From the NCBI GenBank assembly GCA_008369845.1, contig MRSU01000862.1:1-56107 (forward strand): a stretch of 56,107 bases of DNA, in the 5' to 3' direction. Within the stretch, counting starts at the first letter, position 1. Each line of letters begins with the position of its first letter. The DNA comes from Trichomonas gallinae. Taxonomy: Eukaryota. Made by a program: the position numbers and the translations under genes. This document shows positions 44,767 through 56,107 of this stretch, piece after piece. The notes beneath the pieces were generated by a model. That model ran no database searches, was not told the origin of the DNA, and was given only the letters and a program-made list of their open reading frames with translations.

Positions 44767-45610
44767 AACAAGTATACAAAATAAGATTCCTTAATATTTT
44801 TTCGATGACTTAAAATTTGAGTATTTCATGAGTAAATTCCTATAATATAGCGTATTATCATGATTTAATGCTAGTTATACCATCCAATATGCTCGAAACA
44901 ATTAATTTGATCGATTTTCGATCATATATTGTTCAATAATTCTCATTTTTGCTTAAAAACAATTTGGATTATATAGGAATTGGAGTAAACAGACATATTT
45001 TCAAAGTTACAAATCGCATTTAAAACCCATAAAGATCTAATTCCGTTTACATTATAAAGTCATTTTCACTGATCAATTCCAAGGATTTACATTAAAATTA
45101 ATGTATAGAAGCCAAATGGCTAATTTAACAAAGTTTTTTGAGTTAGCGTTTAAAAGAGTCCGATGAAGTGATATTTATTAACCATAATTAGTTGAATACG
45201 AAATGTGATGATTTATAGAATGATATTATGCGGTTTTAAACGAGTTTTCTCGATTTGTGAACTGACTTTCGAAAAAATTAATACATTTATATCATTTTAA
45301 TATGATAATATATTTCATATTTAAAGTCAGATGACAATAATGAAATTTAAAAGCTTCTATTGCATAATGGGTTTCAGAAAAATGATTTGCAATCGATAAA
45401 AACTCAAATAAACTGGCGAATATTGCAATATAGAGCGCAAAGAGGGCTGTTTTTAAGCTTGAACCACCCAATGAATCTTTTTTTCAAAAAATTCAAATCC
45501 TTTTAATTTTTTGTTTACTCAAAAGCACAAAATTGTTATTTCTGTGAATGTTTTTTATAAAAAATTTGACGCCGATCAAAAAATTGTCAGTTTTTTAATT
45601 CACCTTTGAG

Positions 45611-46297
45611 ATGCAGAATTTTAACACATTCTTCCAATTCCCTAATTACTGGTGCATCCTTAGTGACATGGACAAGTACCAATACGGGTGTCTGAGGATA
45701 TCGCTTTCTACCCATTACGCGAAAAATCAGAGAAACAAAAGGATCGAAAACTTTACAGAGATTTTGGAGATTATAAAGAGGTTCTGTATACGTGGAGATG
45801 GTGATGACTGGCGCAGATGCCTTGTTTGCGGTGTTTGCTGGCTACCAAATGGAATTGCAGTTAATACAAGACAATTGCGCTTGCTGATCTTCAAATGCAA
45901 ATCATCAATCAATGGATCACTCCACAAGATGGGATATACTGTTAATCTCGGAAGAACAGAGCCAACAAATAGCCTTGTAATGGCGATTCCTGTCTTACGC
46001 GACAATATCAATGAGTTGAGGCAATGGACAGTCAGACAAAACAGTGTACAGTGCCCATCACCTACATCACCACCTCAGATTACAACACCCATAGAGAAGG
46101 AAGAAGTTAAAGCTGAAGTTGAAGTTTCTGTTCCAAAAGTTAAGCCACTTCCAATTCCTAGCATCAACTTGAACACAGCAGTCAAACTCGAAGAAGAAGA
46201 ATCATTTGATCCGCCGACATTAATTGATGGATTAGGGTTTGGAGTACCATTTGACATTGATGCTCCAGTTCCCACACTTGAGCTTGATCTACTTTAA
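45611..46297 (+). CDS. Initiator-binding domain (IBD, IBP39-like) protein
   Basis: YWCILSDMDKYQY...RNKRIENF...FCIRGDGDDWRRCLVCGVCW...IAVNTRQLRLLIFKCKSSINGSLHKMGY...LRQWTVR, the signature of the trichomonad IBD family. Pro/acidic tail. Confidence 0.92.
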   Translation: MQNFNTFFQFPNYWCILSDMDKYQYGCLRISLSTHYAKNQRNKRIENFTEILEIIKRFCIRGDGDDWRRCLVCGVCWLPNGIAVNTRQLRLLIFKCKSSINGSLHKMGYTVNLGRTEPTNSLVMAIPVLRDNINELRQWTVRQNSVQCPSPTSPPQITTPIEKEEVKAEVEVSVPKVKPLPIPSINLNTAVKLEEEESFDPPTLIDGLGFGVPFDIDAPVPTLELDLL

Positions 46298-48917
46298 GCT
46301 CAACATTGTTTATTTTTATGTAAAAAAACATGAATTTTTTAGATTCATGTGTTTCTAGCGAAAAAAATCTTCGATTTTTTGCATTTATAATCTTTATATA
46401 TAGATGAGTAATTTACCAAAGTCTCAAGCTCCAAAAATGTTATTTCGTGTGTAACAATAAATATTTTTTTTTTTATGTTACAATTTGCAAAAAAAATCAT
46501 TAATATTATAATACTATCAAGAAGATTTTTGACACATTGAAACTTGTGAAAAATTCTGAATGATCGCGATAATTTTTATTTGGGTAAATATTTCTAAACT
46601 ACATTCTGCATGATGATTTGCCGATATGATTTCAAAATGTAAAGATGTCAAAAATTGAAAAATAGCATAACCAATCATAACAAGATATTTAAAAACGATT
46701 AAGTTTTCTATTAAAATATATTTTGAATGACTTTTGGTCAGATGTTTTTTTTTTGTCTGGATTTTGTTATTTTTTGGGATGATATTTAATAGGCAAATGT
46801 TAATTTAAATTAATTTGATTTTAAATTACGTTAATTAATGAATATCAATACTATATCATCTATAGATAAATGATTTATAGTTTTTAAGCTGTAAAATGGT
46901 TTATTTTCTATGAAAAATTTAACATAGAAGATTTTCTGTCATTGTTATTACTATTGGTTAGTAGAATAAAATTACAAAATTTCGATAATAAAATGTTCGT
47001 AATTGTGAGAGATGAAAATAATAATGATTTTAGCGGCCAATATTTATCAATTAAATATATAAAGATTGTATACAACAATATTTATGGTGCAAAAATGAAA
47101 TCCAATCTAATTTGTTTTTATCGAATTGTTTTTCTATATTTTAAACACTAATCGTAATAATATGATACACTGCATCATGTATATAGTATTTATATGAGGA
47201 ATATTTACCAAACTTATGAGTTCTTCTTCCATCATATTGCTTACTGTAACATTTTTCGTAATTTCGAAACTTGATTCTTCGTTAAAGGATATCACATCAA
47301 ATGATTAATAGATACACATAATACTACCTTTCACTTCCACTCAAGAATAATTTCCTTTATTTGAAATTTTATTGATAGTACGATTTCAGATACATTATTA
47401 TATACATTTCATCATTTCTATTCATTATTTAAACACTCACTACAATATATTGATTATTTGAGTAAGATCTTTCATCTTGCACATAACTTTAAAAGATCAA
47501 ATGAGTTCTCGAACATACTATTGATTATAAGACGAAAACAAAATGACTGATGAAACAAATGAAAGTATTCTCCTTCATAAAAGGGACACTCAGCGGTATC
47601 TATATGGAAGATTGCTACATATGTAACCAGGAAAAGATATAATGATCTACTATGTGCATAGATTAATGATATTAATCTAAAGCTCGGTGATTTAATATAA
47701 TTTATATCAGGATAAAAAATGTATTGTAATTGTTCACATAAAAGCTACAATGATGTAGAAACTATGTTTTATCGAGTTTATCTACGCAGTTAGCCTTATT
47801 CTGCAATGTTTTTCTTAAAATGGACGAATATCAACGAGTAAACCTTGAATAATTGAGATGACAAGCATAAATTTTAAATACTTGTCCATATCTCAGATAG
47901 AATATTTTATCCTTTTTGACGGATTATCTGAAATGTGGCAACGATGATAATAACAATTGATAATAAAAGCCCAAACAGCGAAAATATAATGATAAGATAA
48001 TATTAAACCAGATGCCAGATTTTAAAATTCATAAAAATTAATGTCTAACACAATTATCAAGAAATTTTTATAAATTTCTAAATTGAATATTGTTTACAAT
48101 GGGCAAAGCCTGTTTTTGACATCAATGCATGGCCACAATCTATATACGTATCTAAGCCAAAATTATTTGTTTTCCTAAAACGCTAACTTTTATCAATTGT
48201 CAATTTCGATAGTTTTATTCAAATATTCGCAAAGACTTTAAAACGTAATAATTTTAATTACTAATATTTCTAATACATATTTTATTTTTTTGTAAATTTT
48301 GTAAAATTCAATAGATCGAAGCAATTAAGAAAAATTCTTTTGCCATAGACCTAGATACGTGCATTCAGATATTTCATATTCAATTTTTTTTGGTCATAAT
48401 CCGAATCTCATCGATTTTTCAAACTTCTTGAATCTTTTTCAAAGGAAGAAAAAATATCAACCAGATTAGCACATTTAAAATAATATTTCGAATTTACCCA
48501 TGTCAGGATATATAGGCAAATAAATTTTATTTCGTTGAAATTCGATATACAATAGTGTATACAGCATATATACCAAAAAGTTTATTTTTTGCTTACTGTT
48601 TTCAAAAGTTAGCGTCGGCCAAACAACTTATAAACATATTACAAATCCATTAAGTAGCAAAATGCACAAAATATGATAAAAACCTCCTTGTCAAAAGTGA
48701 GAATCAAATTGAGATCACAACGTTAGATATAGTTAAGATCTAACAAAGAAGACCATATCGATAATAAATTAAATTTCTTTGGATTATTTTTTCAATACTC
48801 AAAGATTTTTTAGTTTTTTGGAATCGTTATAAGATAATCAGCAGATTGTCTCGTTAATATTTTTGTAAATTATTCAAAAAATAATTCATCAAATTTTGAG
48901 ACTTTTCAATAAATATA

Positions 48918-49802
48918 ATGTTTGACATCGATCTCGAGTTTGCTACCCAATTCGGTTACGAGATCCTAGGCGACATCGGCAGTGGTGCATTTGGCCATGT
49001 CTTTCATGCGTTCAGCCAACAATACAAGTGTAATTTTGCAATCAAGCGTGTTGAAGCCTGCAAGTTCCGTAAAACAGAAATTGATTGCATGATTGCAAAG
49101 CACTCTCATTTCATTGTTAACTTATATCACTATTATTATTTCAAAGACTATGTTTACTTAGTCATGGAATATTGCCCGGACTCCCTTGACAATCTACTTG
49201 CAACAATACCATACCATAACTACAAGAGGCTCTATGAGGTTGCGTGTGGTGTTTCCGCATGTGTTTTAGCTTGTCACGATCTTGGAATTTACCATGGTGA
49301 CATAAAACCAGCCAATTTCCTCTTAGACTCATACGAAAGAATCAAGATCACAGACTTCGGACTCTCCAATGTTACAAAAGACTGCTTGGAAACAACCAAA
49401 TTCTGCGGAACTTTAATGTTTTCTTCTCCTGAAATATTAAAACACGTTCCACACAACAAGCTAGACTCAGACATTTGGGCATTAGGTGTTACACTCTTCT
49501 TCATCTTTACAGGCAGATTCCCATGGCCAATGGACTCAAAAATACATCTCGTACAAGCAATTTTGAATTGCACATACGATGACAGCGATATTGAGGATCC
49601 ATTCATGAGGAAACTCATTCGCATGTGTTTATCATTGGATGCAGGCAGGAGACCAACCGCTAGCTACGTCCATGACGCAATTAAATCACAATTACAACCT
49701 CAAATCAAAAGAACAGTAACACTAGTGCGCCCAAAGTCATTAATAGCTGTTGGAACATTCCCTTCCCTCAAAAAGAAACTTTCGAGAAATTTAAGTTATT
49801 AA
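48918..49802 (+). CDS. Ser/Thr protein kinase (trichomonad-expanded CAMK-like family)
   Basis: IGSGAFGHV, FAIK, LVMEYC, YHGDIKPAN, ITDFG, CGTLMFSSPE, SDIWALGV and RRPTA motifs. Confidence 0.93.
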   Translation: MFDIDLEFATQFGYEILGDIGSGAFGHVFHAFSQQYKCNFAIKRVEACKFRKTEIDCMIAKHSHFIVNLYHYYYFKDYVYLVMEYCPDSLDNLLATIPYHNYKRLYEVACGVSACVLACHDLGIYHGDIKPANFLLDSYERIKITDFGLSNVTKDCLETTKFCGTLMFSSPEILKHVPHNKLDSDIWALGVTLFFIFTGRFPWPMDSKIHLVQAILNCTYDDSDIEDPFMRKLIRMCLSLDAGRRPTASYVHDAIKSQLQPQIKRTVTLVRPKSLIAVGTFPSLKKKLSRNLSY

Positions 49803-50859
49803 TTTTATTGTATCATGTAATTTTCATGTAAATGTTTGTATCTATGTGATTTCTATGTACTCAGCTCAGTCGTTTTCTATTTAACGTTATATAATCAACA
49901 GAAAAATTAATTGGTTTTAATTCTGTTTCATTCTGCGAAAATCATTACGTAGGGTTCAAACGGAGCTTGTATGTTTTCTATATTTTTGTGAAAAACCACT
50001 TTCTGGGGACGTTTGAAAAAATTGTTTGGAAAGATTTATTACACAATTTTATAAATGGAAAATCGTCATACCGACACCTAGAGCTACCATATTCTTTTCT
50101 GTTAGTCTTAAAAACTACTTTGAATTTTTTGTTTCAATTTTTTGCAATTCTGAGTTTTATTGATGAATATCTTTCATCTGCACATGCTAGACAAGTCATC
50201 CATTTTATATTTTTTTATCAAATCGTTCGACTCGAGCATTGATATTAACCATCTTTTTATATCGAGACATATGCGCACCATAAACGGGTGTCAGAACCGT
50301 CTGCATTTCTATCCGTTATCAATTTATCCAAAAATAACCAATAGAAATTGGTTTTTATCAATTTTTTTTTTTCATAAATCAGTCTATGGTCTTTTATATA
50401 TGGCATTTTATCATCTGTCCGTCGCTAACGGGTCGGATTTTAACCAATGGTGGCTGAGTAACAATAACTATTGTTTTTTAAAAGTTATTTTTGCTATATT
50501 TCTTTTTATTCCTTTCTAATCATTACGTATGGACATATCTAAGCATTTTATACTACTGGCTTTGGATAACAATCACTTTGAAAATTACTGTTAAAATAAT
50601 TTGATAAAAAAATATAAATCACGATCCACTCTTGCGTTCAATCATTATAATATCCAACGGTTTATTTATTCCTTAATTATAGACATTCAAAACTGATTTT
50701 TCAAAATGAGATATTTTCATTGTCTAATTTTATCCCATCGTTTAATATGATTCATGGTAATAACTGTCAATAGAGCATTTTTTGTATCTTTATTTTCGAA
50801 AAAAGTTGGATAATAAAGAAAATAATATTTAACAAACATAAAAAAATATATATAAATAA

Positions 50860-53800
50860 TTAGTGTCGCTTAATTCTTGGTGCTGATGACTCAGGCAGAC
50901 CATCTGGAAGCTTAGGCTTCTTAGAAAAGTATTTCGTGTAAATCGATTTTCCTTGCGTCATCAAATTTATCCTTTTGTCCAATTCAGCCAATGTATGTTG
51001 CAAGTCTGAGATCTCGGATTGCATGTCCGTGACTGTTTTCTTGCGTTTGGAGAGATTTACGAGCATTTTTACTCTAAATTTTTCTAATTCGTTTTCGATT
51101 TCGTATTTAGAGCGACCATTTTCATCCAAACTTGTGGCATTTCTTAGTATTTCTATCCTCTTGTTTGCTGCTGCAAGAGAAAGCTCCAATCTTCTTCCTT
51201 CGCGATTTCGAATAATTCTCGTGTATCCAACGTCAGGCATCAATCTAAGCTGCAGATTCGCTCTCATGAGAGCTCGAATTCTTCTGTTTATGTAAGCAAG
51301 CTCGTGTAAACTTCTTTGGCGCTCAATTAAATTCGAAATTGCTTCAGCTCTGTCTCTAGTCCACGGGAAGAAAGAGTGGCCCTTCTTTGAGATCGCTATA
51401 TATCTTCTCTTGATGATTAGCCATAAAGATTTTAAGTCTGTGAACTTTTCGTTGATTTTCTTGAATTTCTGAGGTTTTGTTGTTGGAAAACCGAAAATAT
51501 CTCTTGGAACATCATCAGGGACATCTGCTTGTCCGAATATTTCGTCTTCTATGGCTTCATTCAGTTCTTTGTCGTCGAAATCTTGATTTTCTTCGAATTC
51601 GTATAAATCGTTGCTCTTTTTCTGTTTAACAGGTATCCTAGACTTCCTTGACTTCTTCCTTGAGCTCTGTTTCACGATTTCTTCTTTTTCTTCAGTTTTT
51701 TCTTCGACATTATCGAATTTACTGAAAGGATCCTCATTTTGGTTATCATCTTCGTCTTCGAAGTCATCAGACATCATGTCTTCTAAATCGCTTGAGTCTA
51801 ACATGTGATTTACTATATCTTCTTCTATTGTTTCCAATTGAATTTCGTCTTTTTCGAAAATTTCATTGGCTTGGTTCGCTAAATCCCTTAACGAAAGTCT
51901 AACAGTCGAATTCCTTCCAATATTTTGTTTTTCAATCAAATCTTTTAATTCTTCATCGGAATTAACTTCACTCACTTGTTCTTCCTCATTGTTTTCCATC
52001 TTATCCTCTTCTGCTTCATTATCTTCTTGATTTTCTTCATTCTGTTCTTCATTATTCAAATTCTCATTTTGTTCTTGATTTTGATCAATATTTTCATTAA
52101 TATCTTGACGTTCATCATCAATAATGTTTTTATTTTCAGTATCTTGGCCTGATTCTTGGTTTTCATTTTGATTAATATTTTCATCTTGATTTTGATTGAT
52201 ATCTGTTGTATTTTTAGCAATTTCATCTTGAGTCAAGTCGTATTCTTGGTCATTTTCTGATTTATCTTCATCAAATAAATTCTCATTATTCTCTTCAACG
52301 ATTTGGAGTGAATTTGACAATGAACTACCAATCTTGTGGGTGAACCTTGGATTAATCTTGTGTTCTTCTTTAGGAATCTGCGGTGGCGGAGTTAATATCT
52401 TATTTTCGTACAAAAAGTTCAACAAATTCTCTTTTGTCAGCGGCAAATCGTATTCTATGATCGAGTTGTTTTTGTGGTCAAAGAAAATCATTGATTTATC
52501 AGAATTAAAATCATTGAAAATAAATTTCATCACATTAACAGATGGAGAAATGAAATAATGAATGTTATCGGGTAAAACTTGTAATATTTCTTTTTCCTCG
52601 TCTGGTATCCTCCTATTTATCAAGAAAAAGTCGAATGCTAAAATTAATTTCACTTGTGAAGGTCTTGCGATCAAAGAACCATTATATACATGACGCAGAG
52701 ACATAGACATGTTCGAAAGAGTGTTGTAAAAGTCTCCAAACAGCTGAGAATCAAGAAAACTCCAAAAACTCAATTCTGTCAACGCGAAATCGAATCTGTG
52801 TGTTGTATTCGTCTTTCCATTATAGAATATGATGTTATTATCAGGGAATCCAGAGAAATTCTCGTCAATTTTGTTGATTAATGAAATATCTTTGATTAAA
52901 AAGTAGCCAACATCATATGGAAGGTCTCTGAATATCTCAACAACTCTTTCGCTTGGATTCTTGCTGAATAAAAAGAACGAATTCTCTTTCAATTCCATGA
53001 TTTGTTTTTCATTTAAGATTTTTCCGTAATTTATTGAGCAAATTTGCCTTTCATCAGATATTTCTGTGAGTTCAGGTTCTGTATTTTGACTGAAGACGTT
53101 CAAAAAGAACTCGTTGAGCTCAGAATCAGCAAAAATTCGATTATAAGGGAAAACTCTTTGATTCTTTGCGCAATAGTATAAACTTGAGCAGTTTTCGAGT
53201 CCTGGATACTGATTTTTCAATAATTCGTCGTTTACAACGAAATATCCAATCATTTGCGGAATTCGCGAGATGTTGCAGTTTTCGTTTACTAAAAAGAAGC
53301 TGAACTGGTTTTTCTTTAATTCATTGATTTGATCCAAATTTATTTTTGTTCCGAAATTGATTCCATTAAATGATCCAAGTTTTGACAACAAAAATTTGTT
53401 GATTGCTGATAAATTCACTTTATCATGGTACTGCGCAACGATTTTGCGGCTTGCGGGTATGAAATAAACAGATTTTTCGCTAATTTCTTGATTATTCAAA
53501 ATTAAAAACGATTCAGCCAAATCTAGAGCTTTTAACTGTGATGTTTCTAATCCTTCTATGAAAACATCTTGTCTTGATTGGATAATTTTGTCAAATAACT
53601 GTTTGTTCAAAATATTTGGATAATTTTTCATCAAATTCATCAAATTGATAAATGAATCCAAGTTTTCTTGCGTCAATGGGAAGTTAATTTCTCTAGAAAG
53701 CCCATTCTTTGAGCTAAAATAGATTTTTTCGTCTTCATTATCTAAATCAAATTTTTGGAGCAGTTTTGGAGCTGTTACTATATAATATCCATAATTTGAT

Positions 53801-55743
53801 GGCATATTTTTGAGGATTTTTAGCTCACTTACTGTTGGAACACGATTAAAAACAAAGAAATCGTTTTTCTCAGCCAAATCATCCAAAATTTTAGGATCTC
53901 TGATAACAGAGCCATATTTGATTCCTTTTTGAGTCCTTTCATCATCATTTTCGTAAGAAATCTTAACTTCTTCAAGACATTCGAATAAATCTTCTTCTAT
54001 CATCGAATTTTCGAGGTCAAAACATCTTCCATCAATAGATCTGTAATAAACAACACCTGTTTGAGTGTCAAAACCAGGACAAAACTTGTCTATAACATTT
54101 TTATCTTTGATTCTGAAATAACAAGTGTTTTCGGGTAAATTGTCGAATATTGATGTATCTATAGAGTCATCACATAAGAAAATGATGTTCTTATTCGAAT
54201 TTAAAAGTTCTTTAACTTGATTTTCAGAATTAACTTCAATTCCGTAGTTTAGGCTTCCAACGCAGCGTTCATCCATTTTCAAGTATTTTTCTGAGATTTT
54301 TTGTAAATCGTTGACTTCTTCAATCTTTGTATTAGAATATTTAAAAATTCCATTTTTCGTTTGTGGAATTCTAAGAGTGTCGAGAATAATTGGATCGAGA
54401 CAAATAAAGTAAGGATAATGCTTTAAATTGTTCAAAATATCTTTTTCTTCTGTTTTTGGAATATGATCAAATAAAAGGAAAGTTTTTCCTGAATTTATCA
54501 AGTTAACTAGGTTATCCTTGGTCTTTAGAACAGAGCCAAACTTGAAATCTAACAAAGTTCGCGTTTCATTTGGATTTTCAACTGAATTTGTTTCTAAAAA
54601 CTGATTTAATGACTCAGGAGTGTCAATATTTTCCATTTTAAGAGTTTTACGATCTTCAAAACGATAATAATACATATTTGATGAAAAATCAATATTTGGA
54701 AAAATTTGTTGGGCGAGTTCACGGTCTGATATTACGAAATACGCTAAATTATTTGGCAAATTTTGGAATATTTGATAGTTTTTGAATGTAAATAAAGGAT
54801 CAAAAATTAAAATTATCGAATTATCGCGAATAATGTCATTAATTTGATGTTTTTCGGTTAGTAATGTTCCATATTTTGTATCGTTAATGCTTCTAGTTTC
54901 TTTTGTCAACATATCAAAATTTGATAAAATATGTTTCAAAGAATCATTCGTAATGTATTGTAAATTGCGTTCCAATGGATATGACTGTTTGATTTGCGCG
55001 TTGTAATAAACAGAATTTTTCGAATTTGGCAATAAATAAGTTAACAATAAATTTGTTGCTGGAAGATATAAACCAACTGTTTTTGGAAGCTGCTGAAGCG
55101 AATTCATTTCATTATCTGAAGGTTCGTGATCTAACATAATAAAATCTTGGCCTAAAGACTTTAAAAAGTCAACTTCTGAAGTATCATTGACCTCAAGAAC
55201 AACTCCACCGTTGTCAAAACTCGATACACTTGAAAGAGCAGAAAATGATCTTGCTGTCGATGGGCGATTTGTAGAATTCAAATTGTCTAAGCTGAGTTGT
55301 ATCGAATCTGTCTGTACTTCACTGCTTGAATAGTTATTTGATGATTTATTGATGCTATTACGGACTTCAGTTCCAACTGAGACGCTGTATTCGCTTAACT
55401 GCAATTTTGTGAGTTCTTGTGGGGATCTTGATGACATTATTTCAGTATTCTTGTATTTATTTGATGGTATATCGATTGAAGAAATTTCGTTTTGTGAAAT
55501 ATTTAACTGTTTTCTTGATGTTGATTGAGAAGAGCAACTACTGGTCGATATTGGTTTCCTTGGTAACCTTCCTAGGACAACATCTTCTTCATCCGAAGAG
55601 TTTTTCTTTTTTTGCTTTCTCTTCTCAAGATTCGGGTCTTCTTTCAGCAGTTTCTCAAACTCAGAGTCAAAGAGCTTCATTTGGGATGGATCAGGCCTGT
55701 GTCGTCTGCGAAATCTCTCAAGAAGACGAAAATTCGCAGACAT
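50860..55743 (-). CDS. Large hypothetical protein: Ser-rich N-terminus, about nine 90-115-aa repeats, N/Q/E-rich acidic region, C-terminal coiled coil
   Basis: 1627-aa ATG-initiated ORF with Inr-like GTCACTTTTT upstream (55751-55760) and recurring [YF]G...LP...YF...YY repeat motifs. Confidence 0.85.
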   Translation of the reverse strand: MSANFRLLERFRRRHRPDPSQMKLFDSEFEKLLKEDPNLEKRKQKKKNSSDEEDVVLGRLPRKPISTSSCSSQSTSRKQLNISQNEISSIDIPSNKYKNTEIMSSRSPQELTKLQLSEYSVSVGTEVRNSINKSSNNYSSSEVQTDSIQLSLDNLNSTNRPSTARSFSALSSVSSFDNGGVVLEVNDTSEVDFLKSLGQDFIMLDHEPSDNEMNSLQQLPKTVGLYLPATNLLLTYLLPNSKNSVYYNAQIKQSYPLERNLQYITNDSLKHILSNFDMLTKETRSINDTKYGTLLTEKHQINDIIRDNSIILIFDPLFTFKNYQIFQNLPNNLAYFVISDRELAQQIFPNIDFSSNMYYYRFEDRKTLKMENIDTPESLNQFLETNSVENPNETRTLLDFKFGSVLKTKDNLVNLINSGKTFLLFDHIPKTEEKDILNNLKHYPYFICLDPIILDTLRIPQTKNGIFKYSNTKIEEVNDLQKISEKYLKMDERCVGSLNYGIEVNSENQVKELLNSNKNIIFLCDDSIDTSIFDNLPENTCYFRIKDKNVIDKFCPGFDTQTGVVYYRSIDGRCFDLENSMIEEDLFECLEEVKISYENDDERTQKGIKYGSVIRDPKILDDLAEKNDFFVFNRVPTVSELKILKNMPSNYGYYIVTAPKLLQKFDLDNEDEKIYFSSKNGLSREINFPLTQENLDSFINLMNLMKNYPNILNKQLFDKIIQSRQDVFIEGLETSQLKALDLAESFLILNNQEISEKSVYFIPASRKIVAQYHDKVNLSAINKFLLSKLGSFNGINFGTKINLDQINELKKNQFSFFLVNENCNISRIPQMIGYFVVNDELLKNQYPGLENCSSLYYCAKNQRVFPYNRIFADSELNEFFLNVFSQNTEPELTEISDERQICSINYGKILNEKQIMELKENSFFLFSKNPSERVVEIFRDLPYDVGYFLIKDISLINKIDENFSGFPDNNIIFYNGKTNTTHRFDFALTELSFWSFLDSQLFGDFYNTLSNMSMSLRHVYNGSLIARPSQVKLILAFDFFLINRRIPDEEKEILQVLPDNIHYFISPSVNVMKFIFNDFNSDKSMIFFDHKNNSIIEYDLPLTKENLLNFLYENKILTPPPQIPKEEHKINPRFTHKIGSSLSNSLQIVEENNENLFDEDKSENDQEYDLTQDEIAKNTTDINQNQDENINQNENQESGQDTENKNIIDDERQDINENIDQNQEQNENLNNEEQNEENQEDNEAEEDKMENNEEEQVSEVNSDEELKDLIEKQNIGRNSTVRLSLRDLANQANEIFEKDEIQLETIEEDIVNHMLDSSDLEDMMSDDFEDEDDNQNEDPFSKFDNVEEKTEEKEEIVKQSSRKKSRKSRIPVKQKKSNDLYEFEENQDFDDKELNEAIEDEIFGQADVPDDVPRDIFGFPTTKPQKFKKINEKFTDLKSLWLIIKRRYIAISKKGHSFFPWTRDRAEAISNLIERQRSLHELAYINRRIRALMRANLQLRLMPDVGYTRIIRNREGRRLELSLAAANKRIEILRNATSLDENGRSKYEIENELEKFRVKMLVNLSKRKKTVTDMQSEISDLQHTLAELDKRINLMTQGKSIYTKYFSKKPKLPDGLPESSAPRIKRH

Positions 55744-56085
55744 TTTATATAAAAAGTGACAGATTTTATATTACAAACGTATTATAAAGGGGCTTGAATA
55801 TTTATTAAGGGGATAATTTGCCATATCATTGCATTTCAATGCCAGATCAATGACGATCCAAAGAATTAGGATGAAGACTAATTAAGAGGGTGCTTTTGAA
55901 GACTTTGTCATATTGATTACGTGAAATTATTTTTGTAACTCATTCATGATGTTACAAAAATCTTTGTGGATTCGGACTATGCGAAAAGACTCAAAAGAAT
56001 AATGACAAGCTCATCACCTGTACAGCATCATAAAACAAACAATATTTGATTCGTATTTTTATCGTGTTTAGCATTGAAATTATAC

Positions 56086-56107
56086 AAAAAAAAAAAAAAA
56101 AAAAAAA
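56086..56107 (+). repeat. Poly(A) homopolymer running off the window end
   Basis: About 22 consecutive A residues at the terminus. Confidence 0.9.

Noticed and set aside
47500..48150. Possible ankyrin relic (NGQSLFLTSMHGHN)
   Set aside because: Single weak match with no continuous frame.
55800..56107. BspA-like remnant (EGAFEDF...VTKIFVDSDY) followed by poly(A), read as a retrocopy
   Set aside because: Similarity is weak, the window ends inside the A run so no target-site duplication can be checked, and long homopolymers occur elsewhere (T run near 13160).
1..56107. tRNA, rRNA, spliceosomal introns, or Maverick/mariner/Mutator transposon genes
   Set aside because: I found no cloverleaf around the GTTCGA hits, no GTATGT...ACTAAC...AG intron signature and no transposase, integrase or polymerase motifs. 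Very short introns or snoRNAs could be missed by eye.

Overview
AT-rich, gene-dense eukaryotic DNA with no introns I could identify, from a trichomonad (Trichomonas vaginalis or a close relative; the species cannot be fixed from the window). The assignment rests on an initiator-binding-domain (IBD) gene, BspA-like LRR paralogs, a transmembrane adenylyl cyclase pseudogene, a bacterial-type glucokinase, two R2R3 Myb genes and Inr/M5-like promoter elements. About 21 coding genes are supportable, including a UBR-box E3 ligase, PH-ankyrin, GOST-type 7TM, La-module, GT77, RGS, TTLL, exportin-like, subtilisin-like, DUSP-USP, a kinase and a 1627-aa repeat protein, plus several ankyrin and cyclase pseudogenes. 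I saw no CRISPR array, rRNA, tRNA or intact mobile element. The most interesting signals are: (1) a phased array of seven TGWCRYGTAAA-like motifs at about 20-21 bp spacing, with the same motif recurring at other gene starts; (2) a USP gene whose likely start ORF ends in UCC-UAG one base out of frame; (3) a shared Cys-spacer-hydrophobic C-terminal tail on unrelated surface-protein families; (4) a giant protein with about nine CxxC-less thioredoxin-like repeats; (5) several genes with lesions near their 5' ends. All family calls come from motif recognition by eye, not from database searches.
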